A stretch of 64,000 nt of DNA from a virus. Its lineage: Duplodnaviria; Caudoviricetes. Positions within the stretch are counted from its first letter, which is position 1. Each line of letters opens with the position of its first letter. Position numbers and translations under genes: made by a program. The notes under the pieces are model-generated. The model was not told where the DNA came from and made no database searches. It was given only the letters and a program-made list of their open reading frames with translations. The stretch is taken from IMG/VR virus record IMGVR_UViG_3300028888_001628, positions 32,001 to 96,000 of that record. One strand, written 5' to 3'. Positions 18,834 through 26,753 of the stretch are shown here, in pieces.

Positions 18834-18896
18834 TTTACTAATTACTGAACTAATAATTAGTAAATCCCTAGTAAAATTTACTAGGGATTTTATTTT
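18834..18896 (+). terminator. Two tandem hairpins ending in a T-rich tract
   Basis: tttactaatta / taattagtaaa and aaatccctagtaaa / tttactagggattt. Confidence 0.7.
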
Positions 18897-18996
18897 AGTA
18901 ATTTAAAATTATTTTCATAATTAGTTAAATAACTTAAAATAGCTTTGTATATTATAGTTATGAATATAACCTCCTCTATTATAGGAGACAATAACT

Positions 18997-19284
18997 ATGA
19001 TGAGATTTCAAACTAAAGAAGGTAAAATATTTAATGCTGTTTCATTTAACCGCTTCATATCTAAAATGGAACAGGGAACACTTTACATAGCAAAAGTGAT
19101 TCTCGATAATGAAACTTGGATTGTAAACAGTAATGAAGATAAAAATGATCTTCGAAATAAAGCAATTTCATTTGTTAAGAAATTCAAACAACCTGTAAAA
19201 ATTTGCAGAGTTGATAGATTCATTGATGAATATGAATCTAATGAACTATATAGCTTATCTTATGAAGATTGCTTATCTAAGTAA
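18997..19284 (+). CDS. Hypothetical protein
   Basis: AGGAG RBS; TTGTATAT at 18945. Confidence 0.75.
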   Translation: MMRFQTKEGKIFNAVSFNRFISKMEQGTLYIAKVILDNETWIVNSNEDKNDLRNKAISFVKKFKQPVKICRVDRFIDEYESNELYSLSYEDCLSK

Positions 19285-19637
19285 TAAATCAAATATACTG
19301 TAGCCAATTTTGAAATTCTTTGCCCTGGTGGGAGATACCGCTACATATCGTTTACCACTGGAGGTTAACTTCCCGTCCTGTGTAGGGGCGCCAGTTATAG
19401 AATCTATTATGATTTCTATAATCAGTAAAGATGAACTGCTCAAATAATGAGTAAGCACTTTATGACATGGTTTTCAGCAGACTATTGGGCGTACAAACAA
19501 AATAATCCAGAAGGTAGTTGGATATCTTTTGAATTATTATAGAGAGTGATACTACCGAATTTCTTACTCTCTTTTTAAATAATTCATTAGGTTCGCGACA
19601 TTGAAATAAGTGGTTCTCGAACTAAAATAAAATAGTA

Positions 19638-19697
19638 AATCTAAATTCCAATCTAAATTCTAATCTAAATTCCAATCCAAACTCCAATCTCAATCTT
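19638..19697. repeat. 12-bp tandem repeat array A (aatctaaattcy, 3 good and 2 degenerate copies)
   Basis: Read directly from sequence. Confidence 0.9.
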
Positions 19698-19886
19698 CAA
19701 CTTCGTACTTCGGTCTAATTCTTAAGCTGATTCACTGAATCTTAATTTGCTTTACGTAATTCAAAACGACCTTCTGAATTTTAGAACTGATGAACTTCTA
19801 CTGAACGGAATTTCTTCTAAAGAATTTTTAAAAGACTGATCACCTTCTAAAAATTTTCAAAGAGGATTTCATTCAACTGATGACTC

Positions 19887-19931
19887 AATCTAAATTCTAA
19901 TCTAAATTCTAATCTAAATTCTAATCTAAAT
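19887..19931. repeat. 12-bp tandem repeat array B (aatctaaattct, 3.75 copies)
   Basis: Read directly; followed by a 60-nt tract with a single C. Confidence 0.9.
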
Positions 19932-20280
19932 AATAATATTATTTTATTTATTAATACTATAAATAATAATATAAATATTTAAAATAGAATTTTTAGAACT
20001 CAGAATTCAGATCAAAAATAAACCAACCTTCAAAACTAAAAAATTCTTTAAAAGAAATTCCGCGTCTGTGGACCTTCAACCTAATTAAATCTTTAGAAGA
20101 AGTTCCGCGCCGTGCCTCAACTTGATGATTAAGTTCGTAAAACATAACCGCTATTAAGCGTAGAGAGGCCTCTGAGATCACTTTAGAATCGTTGCATATA
20201 ATTTATCCTCTACAAATTAACCAATGATTCTACATGTTGTATATTAAATAATATAACAATTAACTCAAATGGAGGTCATT

Positions 20281-20442
20281 ATGTTTGAGATTTCTTTTTC
20301 TGAATTTACGAATAACAATTTCTATTCTGACTATTCAATTTCGTACATGACTGGTTTTACAGTTGCAGATACGCATAACTCTAAAGCTAAGGTCATTGTG
20401 AACGTTGATTCCAAAACAGCTTTTGCTTACATGGATAAATAA
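20281..20442 (+). CDS. Small hypothetical protein (53 aa, not in the ORF track)
   Basis: GGAGG RBS; TTGTATAT at 20237; MFEISFSEF...AYMDK*. Confidence 0.7.
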   Translation: MFEISFSEFTNNNFYSDYSISYMTGFTVADTHNSKAKVIVNVDSKTAFAYMDK

Positions 20443-20444
20443 GT

Positions 20445-21077
20445 ATGAATATTGAAAGTCTAGAAAGTAGTATTACAGATTTACTTATTAAGTACAGAGG
20501 TATTCAATCTTCAATAGAGAACGTGAAGAATTCTATTTCTGAAGTAGATTCTAGACTTTCTATCTTAGAAGAAGAGAAGAATACACTTAAATTATGTAAA
20601 CCTATAATCGATGATATTATTAGTAAGTTCTCTAATTCTCTTCTAAAGAAATTAGAAGATCTACTTACAATAGGTTTAAAACAAATATTCTTTGATAAGA
20701 ACTATTCAGTGCAGATAAAAGTAGTTGATAAACGCAATTCTAAGTGCGTAGAATTACTTTTGAATGACAATGGTAATTTAATACCTATTAAGAATTCAAA
20801 TGTTGCTGGTGGTGTTTTGGTTGTTATAGCATCTATTATACAGATGTTCTACATAATCAATCTCGATTCAGTAGACAAGTTTATGTTCTTAGATGAGCAG
20901 TTCACAGCTATTTCAAAGATTTACGTTCCACAGTTTATGGAATTTGTTAAATCACTTTGTGAAGAAACTGGTCTTGTTATAGTACTAATTACACATGATG
21001 ATAAATTCATGCAATATGGTGATAGAGTTTATCTCGCAAATAGCGGTAAATTTACATTACAAGAATCAGTGGAATAG
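20445..21077 (+). CDS. sbcC: SbcC/Rad50-like ATPase, C-terminal half
   Basis: Coiled coil, then signature-like VAGG, Walker B FMFLDE, H-loop LITHD. Confidence 0.85.
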   Translation: MNIESLESSITDLLIKYRGIQSSIENVKNSISEVDSRLSILEEEKNTLKLCKPIIDDIISKFSNSLLKKLEDLLTIGLKQIFFDKNYSVQIKVVDKRNSKCVELLLNDNGNLIPIKNSNVAGGVLVVIASIIQMFYIINLDSVDKFMFLDEQFTAISKIYVPQFMEFVKSLCEETGLVIVLITHDDKFMQYGDRVYLANSGKFTLQESVE

Positions 21078-21080
21078 CTT

Positions 21081-21764
21081 ATGAATCTTACAGAGTATTT
21101 CAATTCTTTATCAAAGATAGACAGAGTTTATAATAAATATGCAGCTTATTCAGCTGCATTTAATGATCCGTATAGACTAGCAACATCTTATGACGCGTTT
21201 AAGTATGATGGATTTGATAGTAATCTTAAACGATGGATTGCTAGTCAAGGTAAATGTATCGCAATGCCTAACATGATAGGTAATGAAGTTGTATCAATCA
21301 TGTTTCGATCTTGTGCAGATAAGGTGTTTAGATATTATACAGAATGTCACAGGATTCCATACGGTGCAGGTTTTAATGAAAAGCGTTATAGTCAACCATG
21401 GATTATAGTTGAATCTGTGTTAGACTCTGATTTTATTAGAAATTTTTATCCGTTTGTTATTTCAACAAACGGTGTATCAGTTTCTAAGAATACAATGGAA
21501 TTCTTAATGGGTACTTCATCAAAGGTATATTGTGGATTCGATACAGATAAAGCTGGGACAGATTCATTTCATTCTTTAGCAAAGAAGTATTCAAACAGAG
21601 ATAATAATTGCTTTCATATAAAGCGTTTTCTAACGCCTATGAATTTTGAAGGTAAATATTTAAAAGACTTTGGTGAAATTATAGATTGTCTATACAATAA
21701 AAGATTAGACGACTATGATTATTATGTATCGTCTCTTAAATATTCCATTGCTATATTAGATTAA
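21081..21764 (+). CDS. DnaG-type primase catalytic (TOPRIM) domain lacking the zinc-binding domain
   Basis: IIVESVLD; VISTNG; CGFDTDKAG; KDFGE. Confidence 0.8.
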   Translation: MNLTEYFNSLSKIDRVYNKYAAYSAAFNDPYRLATSYDAFKYDGFDSNLKRWIASQGKCIAMPNMIGNEVVSIMFRSCADKVFRYYTECHRIPYGAGFNEKRYSQPWIIVESVLDSDFIRNFYPFVISTNGVSVSKNTMEFLMGTSSKVYCGFDTDKAGTDSFHSLAKKYSNRDNNCFHIKRFLTPMNFEGKYLKDFGEIIDCLYNKRLDDYDYYVSSLKYSIAILD

Positions 21765-21766
21765 TT

Positions 21767-22549
21767 ATGTTAAATGAAAAGTACGCACTTCAGTATAAAG
21801 TATCAGAAATAAATTCACTTGCTGATAAGATATACGATCACATTATAGAAGTTTCAAATGATTTGGAAGATGGTTTGTCAGATTTAAACGATGAGTTGTC
21901 TGATGAAGGTTCCGTATTAGCATATAAAGAGAAAGTCACTGGTCTATTGAAATATTCTATAATGATTTACGTCTATATATTGGATTATGATTCAAATCAG
22001 ACAGGTGGATACATTCCAGATACAGGCGCTATAAAGTTATATTTCTCTTTACCACAATTCAATTCTAGAAAGAATAATTATAATCACGATAGATTTAGAA
22101 AGACTTTACTGCATGAGTTAACTCATGCTAATGATTATTTTATTGACTATTATAATCACAAAGTCTCTCATCAATACACGCATAACAATTTATCAGACGA
22201 TGATAGATCAATCATAGAGAATTCTAATAAAGGTATTTTTGATTTATTGTATCGCCTATGGAATGACTCAGAATTAAACGCACAGCAGATAACTATAACA
22301 GATGATCTTGTAAAACAACTTAAAGATACGATTTCTTATTTGAAAACTGTATCGTTAGATAGTGGTTTGTTTGATGCTATAAAGAGAGCTCTTTCTTATA
22401 ATAAATACTATAACAGAAAACACGATTACATGTCATGGTCAGATTACAAATTCAAGAAATGGTTTATTATAAATTCTGAAAAGAGATTAGAATCTTTGTT
22501 ATATAGAAAACGCAAGAATGATTTCTTGTTAGATTCTTCATATGATTAA
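21767..22549 (+). CDS. HExxH zinc-metallopeptidase-like protein
   Basis: LLHELTHA with downstream SELNA; N-terminal MLNE. Confidence 0.6.
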   Translation: MLNEKYALQYKVSEINSLADKIYDHIIEVSNDLEDGLSDLNDELSDEGSVLAYKEKVTGLLKYSIMIYVYILDYDSNQTGGYIPDTGAIKLYFSLPQFNSRKNNYNHDRFRKTLLHELTHANDYFIDYYNHKVSHQYTHNNLSDDDRSIIENSNKGIFDLLYRLWNDSELNAQQITITDDLVKQLKDTISYLKTVSLDSGLFDAIKRALSYNKYYNRKHDYMSWSDYKFKKWFIINSEKRLESLLYRKRKNDFLLDSSYD

Positions 22550-22617
22550 ACCAATTTATATCACTTTGTATATAATAATTAAATCTAATTTATTTGTTAT
22601 TATATAAGGATTTAAAC

Positions 22618-23493
22618 ATGGCGAGATATAGTAATAAACCGAGTGCTATGCCAAAGTTAAGCGAATTTGTAGTAAATAATGAAGCAACGCAACTTTGTTG
22701 GGATTACACATTTACATTAGCGAAAGTTGTAGTTGCTAAATATTTCTCTAAGTATTTAGAGTACTTTGATAGAGAGGATCTTGCACAGTTAGCGACTGCA
22801 GACGCTGTTGCTTTTATAGTCAAGATTTCAAGTACTCAAAAAGACGATGATATTCGTAATATGAGAAATGTTCTCTTTACGAGAATTAGAAATACAGTTT
22901 CTAATTTTATATTTAGATCGAATCGTTTAGTAAATACAGATAATGAAGTTTTAGACAAGCAAGCTGTATATCCAAAATCGTTTAGCATTAATGCTGATCT
23001 TGTAAAGATGGATGATCTTTCAATCGAATCTATAGATTCATTTCGCGATATATCATTGCGTGTTTGGAAATTCTTTAAAACAAATTCTGCTAAAAGAGAA
23101 TATTTTATCAATGATTCTAACAATTCTATAGATGATTGGAAGTCATATTCAGAGGTTCATAATATGCGGACACCGTGTGATTTGATTAATTCATACAATA
23201 AATATTCAGATGATCAGATTGAAGCACTAGCTGAAAAATTAGATAGTATCACTGGACAGAATTATTTTTATATTCTATATCAGTTATTAGGTGATAAGTT
23301 TTTAGCATTTCTTGATGTCTTTCAAGAGGACAAGTTTAATATTCCATCAACCTCTTTAGTTAAAAAGATTTTAACAGATATGTCAATCTTTGAAGATTTT
23401 GATAAAGGTCTCACAGTTGAAACATTATCGAATAAATATAATAAATCACAAAAGGTAATTCAGCGTGTGATTGATTCTAGAGAGGTAATTTAA
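22618..23493 (+). CDS. Putative transcription factor: sigma70 region-2-like N-terminus plus Mor-like C-terminal HTH
   Basis: DREDLAQLA...FTRIRNTVSNFI; FLDVFQEDKFNIP...GLTVETLSNKYNKSQKVIQRVI; AAGGA RBS before ATG 22618. Confidence 0.55.
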   Translation: MARYSNKPSAMPKLSEFVVNNEATQLCWDYTFTLAKVVVAKYFSKYLEYFDREDLAQLATADAVAFIVKISSTQKDDDIRNMRNVLFTRIRNTVSNFIFRSNRLVNTDNEVLDKQAVYPKSFSINADLVKMDDLSIESIDSFRDISLRVWKFFKTNSAKREYFINDSNNSIDDWKSYSEVHNMRTPCDLINSYNKYSDDQIEALAEKLDSITGQNYFYILYQLLGDKFLAFLDVFQEDKFNIPSTSLVKKILTDMSIFEDFDKGLTVETLSNKYNKSQKVIQRVIDSREVI

Positions 23494-23495
23494 TT

Positions 23496-23975
23496 ATGGC
23501 TAAAAATAATAAAGAAGATACATCTTCTATTGCTAAAAAGTCATCTCAAGCGAAAGAAATTATTGATGCTTCTGTTATCTCTGATATTCCAGTTGAACTT
23601 GCAAATAATTTAACGTTAGTTGCGAAAAGAATCACTGCATTTCTTTCATATTATTCAGCAGCTTCTCTAACACGATTAAATACATTAAACAAATTTATTT
23701 CAGATGCTGAAGATAAGCTATATAACGTGAATGTAGACAGGCTCGATATGAAAGATCTTAATGCACGTTATAAAGAGGCAAAGAAAGCACAGGCTGAAAT
23801 TATGGGTATTTGTAGTCAGGTATCAAAGCAAGCTGTTGACACAGAGAATACAGCTCGTGTTGATGAGATTTACAACTTACTTAAATCAATGTCTGCTACA
23901 ACACTTTCACAGTTAAAAGATGCTCTAACATCAGATGATGATTTTGATTCAGATGATTCTGATTCAGAGGAATAA
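23496..23975 (+). CDS. Helical hypothetical protein with acidic tail
   Basis: 159 aa ORF with GAGG RBS. Confidence 0.7.
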   Translation: MAKNNKEDTSSIAKKSSQAKEIIDASVISDIPVELANNLTLVAKRITAFLSYYSAASLTRLNTLNKFISDAEDKLYNVNVDRLDMKDLNARYKEAKKAQAEIMGICSQVSKQAVDTENTARVDEIYNLLKSMSATTLSQLKDALTSDDDFDSDDSDSEE

Positions 23976-23978
23976 TAC

Positions 23979-24737
23979 ATGATAGCTGATTTAATAAGTG
24001 ACTCTTTAAAGATTAGACTTATTACAAGAAATGTAATGTCAGTTTTTTCTACAAAAGATGAGTACACAGATACATTTCTAATGAAATTGAAGCATTCAAA
24101 TTATATAATCAATAAAGAGATTATTAAATCAGATGAGTTTATTGCATACACAAGAAAAACTTATAATCCGTATAAGAATATTTATAAGTACGTTTCAAAG
24201 CGCAAAGACGTTAGAACTGATAAGTTTGTAGAGTTCTTGAATTACTTTGGTTTAAATCATTTATTATGGATGCACTTTTATCAACTAAACAGTGATTCAT
24301 TATCATTAGTTGAGACTCTAATACTACTTGCAACAGAAAAACCGATTGTTATTACAAATTATTTAGATGATTCTGAGTACAAGAAAAAGTTATATTCATT
24401 ATTATTTCATGTGGGTCTAGAAAATAGACTAATAATAATTCCATGTAAAGATCTTCATGACGCTGTAAATAATTCAACTTGCCAATGTTATGTTAAAAAT
24501 AATGAGACAGTTAAAATACAGTCTACTTTCTCAAGCAGTTTTCTCAACAGTGAATTTAATACATCTGAGGAATATTATAATAACAAACGACCACGATTAT
24601 ATGTAGAGGATTCTAATTATATTGTTCCAGTGTCATATACCTACACTTTGTATGAACTATTTCTTATTTACTTATTTACAATAAAGACGTTTATATTATC
24701 TTTAAATAATTGGAGATATCAACTACCATGTCTGTAG
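23979..24737 (+). CDS. Hypothetical protein, possibly a degenerate ABC-ATPase fold
   Basis: FGLNHLL...QLNSDSLSLVETLILLATEKPIVIT has the spacing of the ABC signature-to-Walker B region but lacks the catalytic residues. Confidence 0.45.
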   Translation: MIADLISDSLKIRLITRNVMSVFSTKDEYTDTFLMKLKHSNYIINKEIIKSDEFIAYTRKTYNPYKNIYKYVSKRKDVRTDKFVEFLNYFGLNHLLWMHFYQLNSDSLSLVETLILLATEKPIVITNYLDDSEYKKKLYSLLFHVGLENRLIIIPCKDLHDAVNNSTCQCYVKNNETVKIQSTFSSSFLNSEFNTSEEYYNNKRPRLYVEDSNYIVPVSYTYTLYELFLIYLFTIKTFILSLNNWRYQLPCL

Positions 24738-25024
24738 ATTATAATGTAGATTATTCAAATCATACTCTTATAGACAATAAATCTAAGTATAGTAAAATAT
24801 ATAAGCTAACTGAGGTTGAAGCTTCAGATGTACATTTGGGTGATCTTATTTTACTAAAAACCCCATGTGGACAATTTAGACTCTATATGGCAATAGGTGA
24901 TTCTGATGAAGACAACACACTTCATCTAACAAGATATTCAGAGATTGATTTTGCAAAAGCTGGTGAAATCTCATCTGATATTTTATCAAATGACAATAAT
25001 ACTTCTTATCCATGTGGTTGTTAA
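24728..25024 (+). CDS. Hypothetical protein
   Basis: GGAG RBS before ATG 24728. Confidence 0.65.
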   Translation: MSVDYNVDYSNHTLIDNKSKYSKIYKLTEVEASDVHLGDLILLKTPCGQFRLYMAIGDSDEDNTLHLTRYSEIDFAKAGEISSDILSNDNNTSYPCGC

Positions 25025-25126
25025 ATAGGTAAGAAGACTGTTGTATATATTATATGTTGGTTGCTATTGATGGTAGAAATGAAATAGGTCATTCTAACTA
25101 TATAGCTAACAATAGGAGAAACTAAT

Positions 25127-25393
25127 ATGGCAAATGTAAACGAATTTTATGATGCACAAACAGAATGCTCAATTCTTTTAGAGACTTTAAGAACCACCGC
25201 AAATTATGCAAATGATTTGATAGGCTTTATCTCTGTAAAAAGAGTAGATGATGAAGAGAATATTCTTGAGCTTCAATCTTACTCTAAAGAGAGTTTAGAC
25301 AATCTGCAGAAAATTGCACGTCAGATGAGTTCTTATGCTGATCGTTTTAATGCGAAACTAAACAAACTAAAAAGTATTACAGATGAATTTTAA
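25127..25393 (+). CDS. Hypothetical protein
   Basis: AGGAG RBS; TTGTATATA at 25041; terminator hairpin at 25408-25436. Confidence 0.75.
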   Translation: MANVNEFYDAQTECSILLETLRTTANYANDLIGFISVKRVDDEENILELQSYSKESLDNLQKIARQMSSYADRFNAKLNKLKSITDEF

Positions 25394-25448
25394 TAGCTAT
25401 TGATTCAAATACCCAGAAATAAATTTTCTGGGTATTATTTTATATATT

Positions 25449-25466
25449 AGTTACAGATCTGTAACT
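25449..25466. promoter_or_regulatory. Perfect 18-bp palindrome upstream of recA (operator-like)
   Basis: agttacagatctgtaact, 24 nt upstream of TTGTATAAT (25490). Confidence 0.45.
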
Positions 25467-25568
25467 CTATTAAAATGTTCAGTAGTATTTTGTATAATAT
25501 AATTATGTTAGGGTTAATATATAAATCATAGTGAGTAATAACAACTTACTTTATTAGGAGCGTAGGAT

Positions 25569-26657
25569 ATGGCAGGTCGTACAGACTTCAAAAAATTATA
25601 TGGCGAACTTATGGATCTTACTACTAAAGAAGAGTCATTTTCGCCAAGTGGATCGATTATTTTAGATGCGATTATTTCAAATGGGAAAGGATTACCTTCA
25701 GGTACATTTATTGAGATTGCTTCCGAATCAGGATGTGGTAAATCCACAATGTGTCTGCATATTGCAAAGAAATACTGCGCGCAGGGAAAACGTGTAATTT
25801 ACATAGACACAGAGTCAGGGTTAAACGGTAATCAGATCGACTGTTTTGGAATGAGACAGTACGTAGATGATATGTTATTCATTCCGGTTCGTATGCAGAC
25901 ATACGGTGAAGTTGATAACTTTTTAATGCAAGTCCTTGAAGATAAAGATGTAGCACTTATTATTTACGATAGTATTACAGCTACAGTTCCAGGTCGTTTG
26001 ACAGAAAAGAATGTAGATGAAATGAATGAACCTGGCGTAGCTGCTCGTATTCAGTCAAACTTCATGCAGAAATTCAAAGCCCGTTTCAAGAACTCAAATA
26101 AAACAGTTATCTTTGTAAATCAGTTAAGAACAAAGATTGCAATGGGTTATGGTCAGGTTACAAAACTTGCACAGGCTGGTGGTCAAGCGTTAGGTTATTA
26201 TATGGACATTCGCATTATGATGAAGAAAATCAAAATGCTTGAACAGACTTTACCTGGTTATGAAAAACCTGTTCCTTATGGATGCGATCTTGCAATTTGG
26301 ACTGATAAGAATCGTTATGCTAGACCAATGCTCAAAAAGATTATTACAATTCATTTCGGTAAAGGCATTTCAAATGCAGGTGCTATTCGTGCAGTTTTAG
26401 AATATCATGGTGTAGTTGAAAAGGTTCCTCGAAAGGGATATAAGATTAAATATCAAGATGAAGAGGTAATGGTTAAAACTGATGAGGTTGAAGGATTTAT
26501 TAAAGAACGTCTAAAATATTTTGCAGAGGTTGCAGATAGCTTAGGTGGAATCGCTCTAATTCCAAATGAAGAAGATGAGGTTATTGATTCTTCGGCTGAA
26601 TTAGGCGAGACTGTTTCATTAGACGAAGATGATGTAGAAGAACCTTCAGATGATTAA
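25569..26657 (+). CDS. recA: RecA/UvsX-family recombinase
   Basis: GLPSG; Walker A SESGCGKST; YIDTE; IIYDS; IFVNQLRTKI; GGQALGYY; KNR. Confidence 0.93.
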   Translation: MAGRTDFKKLYGELMDLTTKEESFSPSGSIILDAIISNGKGLPSGTFIEIASESGCGKSTMCLHIAKKYCAQGKRVIYIDTESGLNGNQIDCFGMRQYVDDMLFIPVRMQTYGEVDNFLMQVLEDKDVALIIYDSITATVPGRLTEKNVDEMNEPGVAARIQSNFMQKFKARFKNSNKTVIFVNQLRTKIAMGYGQVTKLAQAGGQALGYYMDIRIMMKKIKMLEQTLPGYEKPVPYGCDLAIWTDKNRYARPMLKKIITIHFGKGISNAGAIRAVLEYHGVVEKVPRKGYKIKYQDEEVMVKTDEVEGFIKERLKYFAEVADSLGGIALIPNEEDEVIDSSAELGETVSLDEDDVEEPSDD

Positions 26658-26690
26658 TTAAAGTTATAAAGTAATATCTAATTTGTAAAT

Positions 26691-26739
26691 ATAAAACTCT
26701 CTATGGAATCTAATCTATAGAGAGTTTTATTTGTATAAG
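26691..26739 (+). terminator. Terminator hairpin followed by TTGTATAA
   Basis: ataaaactctctat / atagagagttttat. Confidence 0.65.
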
Positions 26740-26753
26740 AAAGGGTATTTACT

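Larger units (their letters stand above)
19600..20200. other. Candidate replication origin
   Basis: Largest non-coding gap; iteron-like arrays; AT tract 19927-19986; flanking 22-bp inverted repeats at 19806-19827 and 20041-20062. Confidence 0.55.

Noticed and set aside
19322-19393. Canonical tRNA (72 nt ending in CCA)
   Set aside because: No T-loop consensus or D-arm pattern, and the acceptor pairing is imperfect; kept only as an unknown structured element
19262-19447. Stop-codon reassignment, suggested by an ORF that reads through a TAG near 19301
   Set aside because: TAG and TGA terminate many genes immediately before the next start (for example 3522, 16350, 33135, 51617 and 6268, 13034, 47347), and conserved genes are uninterrupted in code 11
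19787-19890. Hammerhead ribozyme suggested by two CTGATGA words
   Set aside because: No following stem II plus GAAA core could be built
19638-19931. CRISPR array
   Set aside because: The repeats are contiguous 12-mers without unique spacers, and no cas genes are present
23496-23975. Small terminase subunit
   Set aside because: Size and helicity fit, but there is no recognisable motif and no large terminase nearby
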